A program made the position numbers and the translations under genes. Under the pieces are notes generated by a model, which was not told where the DNA came from, searched no databases, and was given only the letters and a program-made list of their open reading frames with translations. A stretch of 64,000 nt of DNA from Oligoflexales bacterium (GTDB taxonomy: Bacteria > Bdellovibrionota_B > Oligoflexia > Oligoflexales > Bog-1112), in NCBI GenBank assembly GCA_045106415.1, contig JBGCEP010000035.1, positions 7,304 to 71,303 on the forward strand, read 5' to 3'. Shown piece by piece: positions 30,095 through 37,823 of this stretch. How positions within the stretch are numbered: position 1 is the stretch's first letter; the number at the start of each line of letters is the position of its first letter.

Positions 30095-30874
30095 TTATAG
30101 TGAGGTCTTTAACATGCTGCGAATGTTATTTAAAACTTTAACATCATGCGCACGAATCATTTGTGTACCGGCAAAAACGAGCCCTATCTCAAGCATTCGA
30201 CTCGAAGAATCCCTTTTGATGGGGTCTTCAATATTTAGGACATGGCCGAGCCAAGATTTTCGAGATATCCCAGTAACTATTTGATATTGAGATGAATGTT
30301 TTTTGGTCGCTGCCATAAGGTGCGTTTGTGCGGAAATATCTTTTCCAAATCCGTAGCCTGGGTCTAACCAAATTTTTCCTGGTGAGAATCCTGCCGAGTG
30401 CAAATTTTTCCATGATTTTGCATAGAATAATTCTATCGAATTTAGAACAGCAGATCCAGATAAAGGTTTTTGCTGCATTGTGGCAGAACAGCCGTGACGG
30501 TGCATGGCGATATAATGTGTGCCGTGCTTGGCTAGGGTTGTGAGTGTTTCTGTATCAACGGTACCGTTGGTGCAGTTGATCATGCCGACCCCATAGTCGA
30601 GAGCTCTTTTCATAATAATGGGGTTTGCTGTATCTATACTGATAGAAGCAGTGCTGAGGGTTGCTAAGACAGGTTGAAGCCGCCCCCACTCTTCTTCAGT
30701 GGAGAGAGCTTTAGAGCCAGGGCGTGTGGATTCAGCGCCAATATCAATCCAGTCAGCACCTTGTTCTAAAAGTTCATCCGCACGAGCTTTTGCGGTGTCT
30801 TGAGATGTGTAAAAACCCCCGTCAGAAAATGAGTCGGGGGTTATATTTAGAATTCCGAGAATTCGAAAGGTCAT
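30095..30874 (-). CDS. folP: Dihydropteroate synthase
   Basis: ILGILNITPDSFSDGG and DIGAESTRPG. 4-nt overlap with ftsH. Confidence 0.92.
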   Translation of the reverse strand: MTFRILGILNITPDSFSDGGFYTSQDTAKARADELLEQGADWIDIGAESTRPGSKALSTEEEWGRLQPVLATLSTASISIDTANPIIMKRALDYGVGMINCTNGTVDTETLTTLAKHGTHYIAMHRHGCSATMQQKPLSGSAVLNSIELFYAKSWKNLHSAGFSPGKIWLDPGYGFGKDISAQTHLMAATKKHSSQYQIVTGISRKSWLGHVLNIEDPIKRDSSSRMLEIGLVFAGTQMIRAHDVKVLNNIRSMLKTSL

Positions 30875-32814
30875 GAAGGTTGAGGCTCCGGGTTAAGAGG
30901 TGCTTCATCGATATCACGGCCTTCTTCTCGCCAAACTCGACTTGCTTCGAGTCTTTGCGCATAAGCTTTAGAGTCTTCTTCAGAAACGATGTTTTCACCA
31001 TTTAAGACCATGTTCATTTCTTTTGCGTCGAGAGTTTCTTTGATGAGTAAGGCTTCTGCTATTTTTTCGAGCTCACTCTTGTACTCTTTGAGTGTGTTCA
31101 TTGCTTTATCATAGCCTTCTTTGAGAAGACGTTGGACCTCAGCATCAACTAATTGAGATGTTTGCTCAGAACACTCGTCGCCAGAAGATGTTCCGCGACC
31201 GACAAAAACTTCTTCTCCATCTCGACGGCCAATTGCAACTGGGCCAATGGTTTCACTCATGCCCCATTGGCAGATCATTTTTCTTGCGATGTCGGTTGCT
31301 TGTCTAATATCGTCGCCTGCACCAGTTGTGTGTTCTTGGAATATAAGTTCTTCAGCTGCTCTGCCACCCATTGCGTATGCGATACGACCTTCAGCGTATT
31401 CTTTGCTCATCGTGAAACGCTCTGATTCAGGAAGCATAATTGTAACCCCTAATGCGCGTCCACGTGGAATAATGCTGACTTTATGGACTGGGTCGAGAGC
31501 TTTTTGTTTGAGGCCCACGAGAGCATGTCCTGCTTCATGATAGGCTGTGCTGCGTTTTTCGTCTTCGCTCATGATCATGGATCTACGTTCTGCGCCCATA
31601 ATGACTTTGTCTTTTGCGAGCTCAAAATGGTTCATAGAGACTTCTGTACAGTTTTTACGAGCAGCTATAAGAGCAGATTCGTTAATGAGATTTTCAAGGT
31701 CAGCACCTGTGAACCCAGGTGTTCCTTGAGCGATTTTTGCAATATCAACATCATTCGCCATGGGTGTTTTGCGGCTATGTACTTTAAGAATGGCTTTGCG
31801 ACCCTTGATGTCAGGGGCGGGCACATGAACTCTTCTATCAAAACGACCTGGGCGTAAAAGCGCTGGATCAAGAACATCTGCTCGGTTTGTAGCTGCCACA
31901 ACAATCACACCTTCGTTGGCGTCAAATCCATCCATCTCCACGAGAAGCTGGTTTAGAGTCTGTTCTCGTTCATCGTGTCCGCCACCCATTCCGGCACCAC
32001 GGTGGCGACCGACAGCATCAATCTCATCTATGAAAACGATACAAGGAGCATTCTTTTTTGCTTGTTCAAAAAGATCTCGAACACGACTGGCGCCGACCCC
32101 AACAAACATTTCTACAAAATCAGAACCTGAAATACTGAAAAAAGGAACTTCAGCTTCTCCTGCAACACCTTTTGCGAGAATTGTTTTTCCGGTACCTGGG
32201 CCACCGACCAATAAAACACCTTTAGGAATTCGACCTCCTAATTTTGTGAATTTTTTGGGTTCTCTCAAGAATTCAATGATTTCTTGAAGCTCTTGTTTGG
32301 CTTCGTCAATACCAGCGATATCAGAAAATGTGACTTTTGGTTTGTGGTCTGTAGTGAGCCTTGCGCGGCTTTTGCCGAAAGACATAGCGCGTCCACCACC
32401 AGCCTGTAAAGATCTCATAAAGAAAATAAAAATCCCAAGAATAAGCAGCATAGGGACAGCTTGAATTAGTGCAGATTTCCACCAACTGAGCTGATCTGGG
32501 CTCTCGAAGTTAAGGACAATACTGTGGTCGGATAGATATTTCCGGGTATCGACATCATTGGGTACGTATGTATGAACCTTACTTCTATCAACCCGAACAC
32601 CTGTTAAGGTGTTTTCTTTGAAAGAAGCTTCAATGATTTTATCAGGGCTACTGGAAGGAAGTTCAATCGCGCTTTGAAATTCAGAGTAAGTGATTTCAGA
32701 AACTTCGTCTATTTCAGGGCTCAGCATGTGCATGAGGCTAAAAAACATAAGAATGACGACGACAAGTGCGACGGCCTTCATGTTCTGAGACTGGTGTGGG
32801 GGCTTCATCGACAT
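30871..32814 (-). CDS. ftsH: ATP-dependent zinc metalloprotease FtsH
   Basis: Walker A GGPGTGKT, Walker B VFIDEIDA, zinc site HEAGHAL. ATG 32814 has GAGGAG 5 nt upstream. The ORF-track GTG at 32838 is the alternative. Confidence 0.96.
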   Translation of the reverse strand: MSMKPPHQSQNMKAVALVVVILMFFSLMHMLSPEIDEVSEITYSEFQSAIELPSSSPDKIIEASFKENTLTGVRVDRSKVHTYVPNDVDTRKYLSDHSIVLNFESPDQLSWWKSALIQAVPMLLILGIFIFFMRSLQAGGGRAMSFGKSRARLTTDHKPKVTFSDIAGIDEAKQELQEIIEFLREPKKFTKLGGRIPKGVLLVGGPGTGKTILAKGVAGEAEVPFFSISGSDFVEMFVGVGASRVRDLFEQAKKNAPCIVFIDEIDAVGRHRGAGMGGGHDEREQTLNQLLVEMDGFDANEGVIVVAATNRADVLDPALLRPGRFDRRVHVPAPDIKGRKAILKVHSRKTPMANDVDIAKIAQGTPGFTGADLENLINESALIAARKNCTEVSMNHFELAKDKVIMGAERRSMIMSEDEKRSTAYHEAGHALVGLKQKALDPVHKVSIIPRGRALGVTIMLPESERFTMSKEYAEGRIAYAMGGRAAEELIFQEHTTGAGDDIRQATDIARKMICQWGMSETIGPVAIGRRDGEEVFVGRGTSSGDECSEQTSQLVDAEVQRLLKEGYDKAMNTLKEYKSELEKIAEALLIKETLDAKEMNMVLNGENIVSEEDSKAYAQRLEASRVWREEGRDIDEAPLNPEPQPS

Positions 32815-33006
32815 TAGAACTCCTCTATTTGCTACCACTGAATGTTAGCAACTTGTTTGACTCGTCAGGAAGTTAATCCTGATGAAAATATACCGTATCT
32901 TTTTTTCGGTCGTCTTCTTTCAAACCTAAAGATATCCGTTGGAAGAATATGACTCAACTTTATGCTGCTTAAAGTAAATCATTTTCTGAGTTTTGATGAC
33001 ACGCTT

Positions 33007-33031
33007 TTGATAAATCTATGTGATTTATCAA
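33007..33031. promoter_or_regulatory. Perfect 10-5-10 inverted repeat TTGATAAATC-tatgt-GATTTATCAA in the tilS-ftsH spacer
   Basis: Read directly from the sequence. The arms are exact reverse complements. The repeat lies about 190 nt upstream of the ftsH start in an otherwise noncoding 375-nt gap. Function is unknown (operator or RNA hairpin). Confidence 0.4.
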
Positions 33032-33189
33032 CGGGAATTCGTTTGTAAACTTGAATCTCATGAAAAAGATCATTGAATTCAGTGTGAACGAATACTTGTA
33101 AACAAGTGCCTGCAAATCAAAACCAACACTATGGTTAATATAGATGCTTGATACTCTCAAGTAAAACCTTAAAAGAAGTGAAAGTTGTT

Positions 33190-34113
33190 TTAAAGAAGAG
33201 TCAATGTTTTATTTTTGATGATGCATCTTTTTTGATCTGGACGAGTCCAGCAACTTTGCTTATTTTTGAGGAGAGCAGCATGCATCTGATCGAGTATTTT
33301 TTCGGAGAGCCATTGTTCCTGAGGGCTCACGATAGCGCTGATAATTTCTCTCGCGACAGACGGCGGTGCTGAACGGATCTCATCAACATGAATGGATGTT
33401 CTTCCTTTATACGGAGCTCGCACCCAATCGCATATTTCTTGTGCTTGCTGTGCAGTTCGAGCAATACGCTTGCTTGCCCCAGGGTGCATTTTTTCTAATT
33501 TTGGTAGAATTTGATGTCGAATAACATTTCTTGTGTAGTCGTCTTTTTGGTTGCTACTGTCTTCTCGATAATTTTGCTGATGAAGTTGAAGGTAGCTCAA
33601 GAGATCTTGTTTGCTGAGCTTTAAGAGGGGCCTCCAGTAAGGTGGGCTATAGGTTCGAAGGCCAGCCATATGACCAGCACTCGTTCCTCGACTTAGTCTT
33701 AATAAAGTGTTTTCTGCAATATCATTGCGATGGTGTGCAAGAGCGATAACCCAACCTTGTTGAGCCCATTCTTGAAACCACTGTCTTCTAACTGCACGTG
33801 CCCAGGCCTGTATATTGCTTTTTGGAGGGGGTGATGCTTTTAAAATATGAGCTTCAACTTTATTTTGAAACGCAAAATCTTTGATGAAATCCTCATCCTC
33901 ATCAGACTCTAAACCTCGAAGTTGGTAGTTTACGTGCAAAATACAAATTTTTTTTATGTGCTCGTTGTGTTGAAGTTTGAGAATCCGATGAGCAAGACTG
34001 ATAGAGTCAGCTCCTCCAGAGCAAGCGATTGCAATATGCTGAAAAGATGTCTTAATTTTTAATTCAAACAAAGAGTTTGAGGAATGTGAAATTTCTTTTT
34101 GGCTCAATTTCAA
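33190..34113 (-). CDS. tilS: tRNA(Ile)-lysidine synthase TilS
   Basis: PP-loop motif IACSGGADSISL, typical length, TTG start. It lies upstream of ftsH, as in many bacteria. Confidence 0.88.
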   Translation of the reverse strand: MKLSQKEISHSSNSLFELKIKTSFQHIAIACSGGADSISLAHRILKLQHNEHIKKICILHVNYQLRGLESDEDEDFIKDFAFQNKVEAHILKASPPPKSNIQAWARAVRRQWFQEWAQQGWVIALAHHRNDIAENTLLRLSRGTSAGHMAGLRTYSPPYWRPLLKLSKQDLLSYLQLHQQNYREDSSNQKDDYTRNVIRHQILPKLEKMHPGASKRIARTAQQAQEICDWVRAPYKGRTSIHVDEIRSAPPSVAREIISAIVSPQEQWLSEKILDQMHAALLKNKQSCWTRPDQKRCIIKNKTLTLL

Positions 34114-34275
34114 AAGTCTCTTTTGGTGAAAAGTAAAGTCTTCTTTTAATAAAGATACAAAAAAAATTTATGCATCTAACCAAAGTGTCGATGTCTAAAG
34201 GGCAAGTTCCAGGTGGAACATGCGCCCGGGAATTTACCACGGGGAACAAAAAGAACCAAGGATCGGAGGTCTAAG

Positions 34276-35157
34276 ATGGGAATGCGTATTCGCACCAATG
34301 TTGAGAGCATGAGAGCTCAACGTCATTTGTCTAACAACAACCAAGCAATGGGCAATAGCCTGGAGAAATTATCTTCAGGGTATCGAATTAACAAGTCAGC
34401 AGATGATGCGGCGGGTCTTGCTGTATCTGAAAACATGCGAGGCAAGATTAGAGGTTTAAGCCAAGCAAAAAGAAACGCAATGGATGCAAACTCAATGCTG
34501 CAAGTTGCAGAAGGTGCGATGAATGAGATGACGAACATCTTTGTCCGCATGAGAGAACTCACTGTTCAAGCAGCGACTGATACTCTTGGAGATCGAGATC
34601 GTTCGTTTTTGAATAAAGAATATACACAACTTGCATCGGAAATTGACCGAATTGCCCAGACGACAGAGTTTAATGAAAATAAGTTTTTCGTATCTGACGA
34701 TGATCGAACTCACTACACAATTCAAGTTGGTACAAATGGTACACCTGTTGATGCCAATATGGACACACTATCGATTGATTTGTCTGGATTAAAATTTACG
34801 ACAGAAGATTTAGGTATTGGTAAAGGTGCTGAGATTGGGCCGGACATTGATGATTTGTCTTCAGCTCCAGCTCGAGATGAAATTGCAGATAAGTTAGGTG
34901 TTTTAGATAAAGCGTTAGGCCGAATTGCTTCAGAGCGCTCTACATTAGGTGCTTTGCAGAGTCGTCTAGGCTCAACTGTGAACAATCTATCTATTTCTAT
35001 CGAGAACTTAGGGACTGCAAGAAGTCGTATTAAAGATGTCGATTTTGCGAAAGAAACAGCTGAGTTAGCGTCTAATAGAATGATGACTCAATCAAGTCTT
35101 TCTGTGCTCTCACAAGCTAACACAATTCCAGATATGGCTCTCAACCTTCTTCGATAA
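34276..35157 (+). CDS. Flagellin (short, about 294 aa)
   Basis: ATG 34276 with GGAGG upstream. N-terminal D0/D1 segment (LSSGYRINKSADDAAGLAVSE) and C-terminal segment (LGALQSRL..., VDFAKETAELASNRMMTQSSLSVLSQAN...LLR). Confidence 0.93.
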   Translation: MGMRIRTNVESMRAQRHLSNNNQAMGNSLEKLSSGYRINKSADDAAGLAVSENMRGKIRGLSQAKRNAMDANSMLQVAEGAMNEMTNIFVRMRELTVQAATDTLGDRDRSFLNKEYTQLASEIDRIAQTTEFNENKFFVSDDDRTHYTIQVGTNGTPVDANMDTLSIDLSGLKFTTEDLGIGKGAEIGPDIDDLSSAPARDEIADKLGVLDKALGRIASERSTLGALQSRLGSTVNNLSISIENLGTARSRIKDVDFAKETAELASNRMMTQSSLSVLSQANTIPDMALNLLR

Positions 35158-35185
35158 GAAGAGTTGATGATAAAGGAGGATACTT

Positions 35186-36112
35186 ATGGGCTTACATATT
35201 AAGACCAACATGGTTGCAGCAAAAACACAAAGACAGTTCGCGATGTCGAATAAGAAGCTCGAAGATTCGATGGAAAGATTGTCTTCAGGACAAAGAATTA
35301 ATAAATCTGCAGATGATGCAGCGGGTTTGGCGGTTTCTGAGCGTTTAAGGTCAAGAATTCGTTCTCTTGATGTTGCGAAAAGAAACGCAAGTGATGGTGT
35401 GAGTTATATTCAAACTGCCGAAGGTGGTTTGAATGAAATTACCAACATTACAATTCGTCTTCGTGAACTGACGTCGCAGGCTGCATCGGATACGCTAGGC
35501 AATAGAGAGCGTTCGTTTTTGGATAAAGAGTTTCAACAGCTCCGCCAAGAAGTTAAGAGAATTGTTGATACAACGGAATTTAATGGTACTAAGGTTCTTT
35601 CTTCTGAAGACGCTGAGTCTGAAGGAAATATTCAAATCTTTGTTGGTGCCTCAAACAGAGGGAATGACATAGAGGGAAATACTCCAGAGTTTGACGATAA
35701 CGATCCAGATGTTTTAAATATTGATTTATCTGATCTCCAAAAACTCAACGATGCGATTGGGCGTGTGACCGAAGAAGATATTTCTATTATTCCTCCAAGC
35801 AGTGATGGTGGGGCGCAAGACTTAGGCCCAACAGGAACCCATGACTTGATGAATAGGTTGGATAATGCAGTGAATTCAATCTCTTCGTATAGGGCGACTT
35901 TAGGTTCTGTACAGGCACGATTGAATTCAACAATTGCAAATATCGAGGTGTCATCTGAAAACTTGAGTGCTGCTCGTAGTCGAATTGTAGATGTTGACTA
36001 CGCTGGAGAAACAGCCGAGTTTACGAAAGCTCAGATTCTTACAAGAGCTGGTTTGTCGGTGCAATCTCATGCGAATTCTTATCCAGAAATGGTTTTATCT
36101 TTGCTCAGATAA
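35186..36112 (+). CDS. Flagellin paralog (308 aa)
   Basis: The same conserved termini (LSSGQRINKSADDAAGLAVSE ... VDYAGETAEFTKAQILTRAGLSVQSHAN...LLR) with a divergent acidic central region. It starts 28 nt after the first flagellin and has AAGGAGG upstream. Confidence 0.93.
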   Translation: MGLHIKTNMVAAKTQRQFAMSNKKLEDSMERLSSGQRINKSADDAAGLAVSERLRSRIRSLDVAKRNASDGVSYIQTAEGGLNEITNITIRLRELTSQAASDTLGNRERSFLDKEFQQLRQEVKRIVDTTEFNGTKVLSSEDAESEGNIQIFVGASNRGNDIEGNTPEFDDNDPDVLNIDLSDLQKLNDAIGRVTEEDISIIPPSSDGGAQDLGPTGTHDLMNRLDNAVNSISSYRATLGSVQARLNSTIANIEVSSENLSAARSRIVDVDYAGETAEFTKAQILTRAGLSVQSHANSYPEMVLSLLR

Positions 36113-36837
36113 AAAAACAGCAATGGTATCAAAAAAAACCAAGACCACCCCTTTAAGGGGTGGTTTTTTGTTCCAATACCACAACCAGGAGGAAGTTGAG
36201 GATTTTCTCCATTATTGGGATATAAGCGGTTAATGACAGCTTCGTCATCAATACTGAGGGCAAATGTATTGCTCTCAATTTGATAGCTCATAATAGATTC
36301 TGGAACCATAGAGTGCCCTAAGCCTAAGCAGTGTCCAATTTCATGTAAAATTGTTTTCGCTGTGGCAAGGCTCATATCTTTTGCTTCCACCACAGCTGTG
36401 CAGTGAAGAGGTTCGCCTGTGAGAGAATCGATCTTATCAAAAGTTGCATACCCAGAAGAAAAGTCTCCTGTTGATGCTTCCTGGAGCTGAATTGTGATGG
36501 GAGAAGGAGTACTCTGATGCAAGAGTCTAAGTCGGCTGCCATCAATACTTCCCCATAAAGCAGCAGCAACTTGTACTGTTGGAGTATAGAACGATACTAA
36601 GTTCGTATTTCCTTCAATATTATAGAGTATTCCTTGGGGGTATTTCTCGAGGTTCCAAGCTAGAGGGTTTCCGCTAAAATCGACAGGAGTGGGATACGCG
36701 TAGACTTGAAAACTTAAGAAAGAACCCATGAAAATCCAACCCAAAAAGGGTAGTGCCAAACTGTAATTCTTTCTGGTGTGACATAAAAATGTGTTGTCAT
36801 ATCGACCCGAAGGCTCCAGGCAAGCTGAAACCCCCAT
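36079..36837 (-). CDS. Secreted metzincin zinc metalloprotease (matrixin/M10-like) with C-terminal hydrophobic anchor
   Basis: HEIGHCLGLGH (HExxHxxGxxH) followed by a Met-turn candidate SIMSY. Signal-peptide-like LALPFLGWIFMGSFLSFQVYA. The start is uncertain (ATG 36837, ATG 36906 or a downstream TTG). The 3' end overlaps the flagellin gene by 34 nt. Confidence 0.7.
   Translation of the reverse strand: MGVSACLEPSGRYDNTFLCHTRKNYSLALPFLGWIFMGSFLSFQVYAYPTPVDFSGNPLAWNLEKYPQGILYNIEGNTNLVSFYTPTVQVAAALWGSIDGSRLRLLHQSTPSPITIQLQEASTGDFSSGYATFDKIDSLTGEPLHCTAVVEAKDMSLATAKTILHEIGHCLGLGHSMVPESIMSYQIESNTFALSIDDEAVINRLYPNNGENPQLPPGCGIGTKNHPLKGWSWFFLIPLLFFYLSKDKTISG
36144..36170 (+). terminator. Rho-independent terminator after the second flagellin gene
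   Basis: Perfect 9-bp GC-rich stem CCACCCCTT/AAGGGGTGG followed by TTTTTT. An A-run lies upstream, so it is potentially bidirectional. Confidence 0.8.
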
Positions 36838-37229
36838 GTTGTTTCGAGGACAGCACCTCCGGTGGAAAGTCCTACTCCAGATTGAAAGAAAGGATGAAAA
36901 GGCCATCGTGTATCTCCAATGGGAAAACGTTTGCTTATTAAGGCTCCAACGAGAGGGTAGGATCCCGCAAGTAAAAAGCTATTGCCAAAAATAGAGTACT
37001 CATAATTTTTATGTGCTAGTCGAGCCACTGGAGCAAATTGTCCCCCTGCATTTGGAGCATAGGCATCGACTTGAATGGTCATGACAGTGTCAGAAGGGAG
37101 TTGAGAAAGATTATATAAAGCGCCTACTACTAAGTATGGGGCTGCAGCGGTTATTGTTCTGTGTGGTGGTATAGGGTTTGCGGTTGCTTTAAAATGATAC
37201 AAAAAAAAGAGGATCCATGTGTTTTTCAT
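36714..37229 (-). CDS. Hypothetical secreted, beta-rich (outer-membrane-like) protein
   Basis: 171 aa with a signal-peptide-like N-terminus MKNTWILFFLYHFKATA and alternating aromatic/hydrophobic beta-strand-like segments. ATGA overlap with the upstream gene. No recognised family. Confidence 0.5.
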   Translation of the reverse strand: MKNTWILFFLYHFKATANPIPPHRTITAAAPYLVVGALYNLSQLPSDTVMTIQVDAYAPNAGGQFAPVARLAHKNYEYSIFGNSFLLAGSYPLVGALISKRFPIGDTRWPFHPFFQSGVGLSTGGAVLETTWGFQLAWSLRVDMTTHFYVTPERITVWHYPFWVGFSWVLS

Positions 37230-37756
37230 ATTTCATAACCTAATTGAATGCTGGTTACTGAAAATGGCCATAAGACTTTAGCGTCGAGTTCAAGTTGAGA
37301 TCGTCTTCCTATAAACAAAAGATGTTCTATTGAAGCAGTAAAATTTTCAAATTTATATTGGACCTGGATAGTTGATGTGGATCCAAAAACTTGAAATGAT
37401 GTTTTGGACTGATCAATTTTTCTTTGAACCCAACCGTGAATTTCACCAACGCCAAAGTAAAGATTACAAAAAATTTGTTTATAAGATTGAAAACGATAAC
37501 CTGCCATAAGATGCTCGCCTGTATCTTGATCTTGAAAATGGGTTGTGTCAAAGAGAGGTCTTTGCCAAATGTATGCGCGAATTGAGAGAGTGTCCTCGTA
37601 TAAATAAAGAGTCGAAGATACATTATAAGTATAGTGAAAGTATTGACTTGCTGGTTGAGTCATAACTCCATAGCCGGCAGATGTCACTATGGACATCGCA
37701 AATGATTGCGCAGCAACCATGAACACACAAATAGTGGTGAAGGTTATTTTTGCCAT
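37226..37756 (-). CDS. Hypothetical secreted, beta-rich (outer-membrane-like) protein
   Basis: 176 aa with signal peptide MAKITFTTICVFMVAAQSFA and a Y/F-rich amphipathic strand pattern. No recognised family. Confidence 0.5.
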   Translation of the reverse strand: MAKITFTTICVFMVAAQSFAMSIVTSAGYGVMTQPASQYFHYTYNVSSTLYLYEDTLSIRAYIWQRPLFDTTHFQDQDTGEHLMAGYRFQSYKQIFCNLYFGVGEIHGWVQRKIDQSKTSFQVFGSTSTIQVQYKFENFTASIEHLLFIGRRSQLELDAKVLWPFSVTSIQLGYEI

Positions 37757-37773
37757 AAGGACCTTTGATTGTT

Positions 37774-37800
37774 TTGTCTATGATCTCAGATCATAGACAA
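37774..37800. repeat. 27-nt perfect palindrome TTGTCTATGATCT-c-AGATCATAGACAA
   Basis: Read directly from the sequence: 13-bp arms that are exact reverse complements, with two GATC sites. It lies in the 67-nt spacer between the HDOD gene stop (37824) and the next gene start (37756). No flanking T-run. Confidence 0.6.
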
Positions 37801-37823
37801 GAGAACAAATCTGGTCTTAGGTT

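Noticed and set aside
31483-32287. Two antisense ORFs of about 124 aa opposite ftsH, with similar cases opposite secA (23501-23884), rph (25465-25839) and murF (8082-8396)
   Set aside because: All lie antisense to strongly supported conserved genes and have an S/R/C-rich composition typical of antisense frames. None has a start context or a recognisable motif.
32969-33160. 63-aa ORF in the tilS-ftsH spacer
   Set aside because: No RBS and an odd composition. It spans the palindromes described above, so the region is more likely noncoding regulatory sequence.
34160-34195. Possible sigma-28 promoter upstream of the first flagellin (GTCGATGT against the -10 consensus GCCGATAA)
   Set aside because: Only 5 of 8 positions match in the -10 element, and no TAAA -35 element occurs at the required spacing of about 15 nt. 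That is not enough to call a promoter.
36743-36760. Sigma-54-like element TGGCAC-N5-TTTTT on the minus strand just upstream of the metzincin coding region
   Set aside because: The -24 TGGCAC is perfect, but the -12 element lacks the near-invariant GC (TTTT instead of TTGC), and it lies inside the upstream coding sequence.
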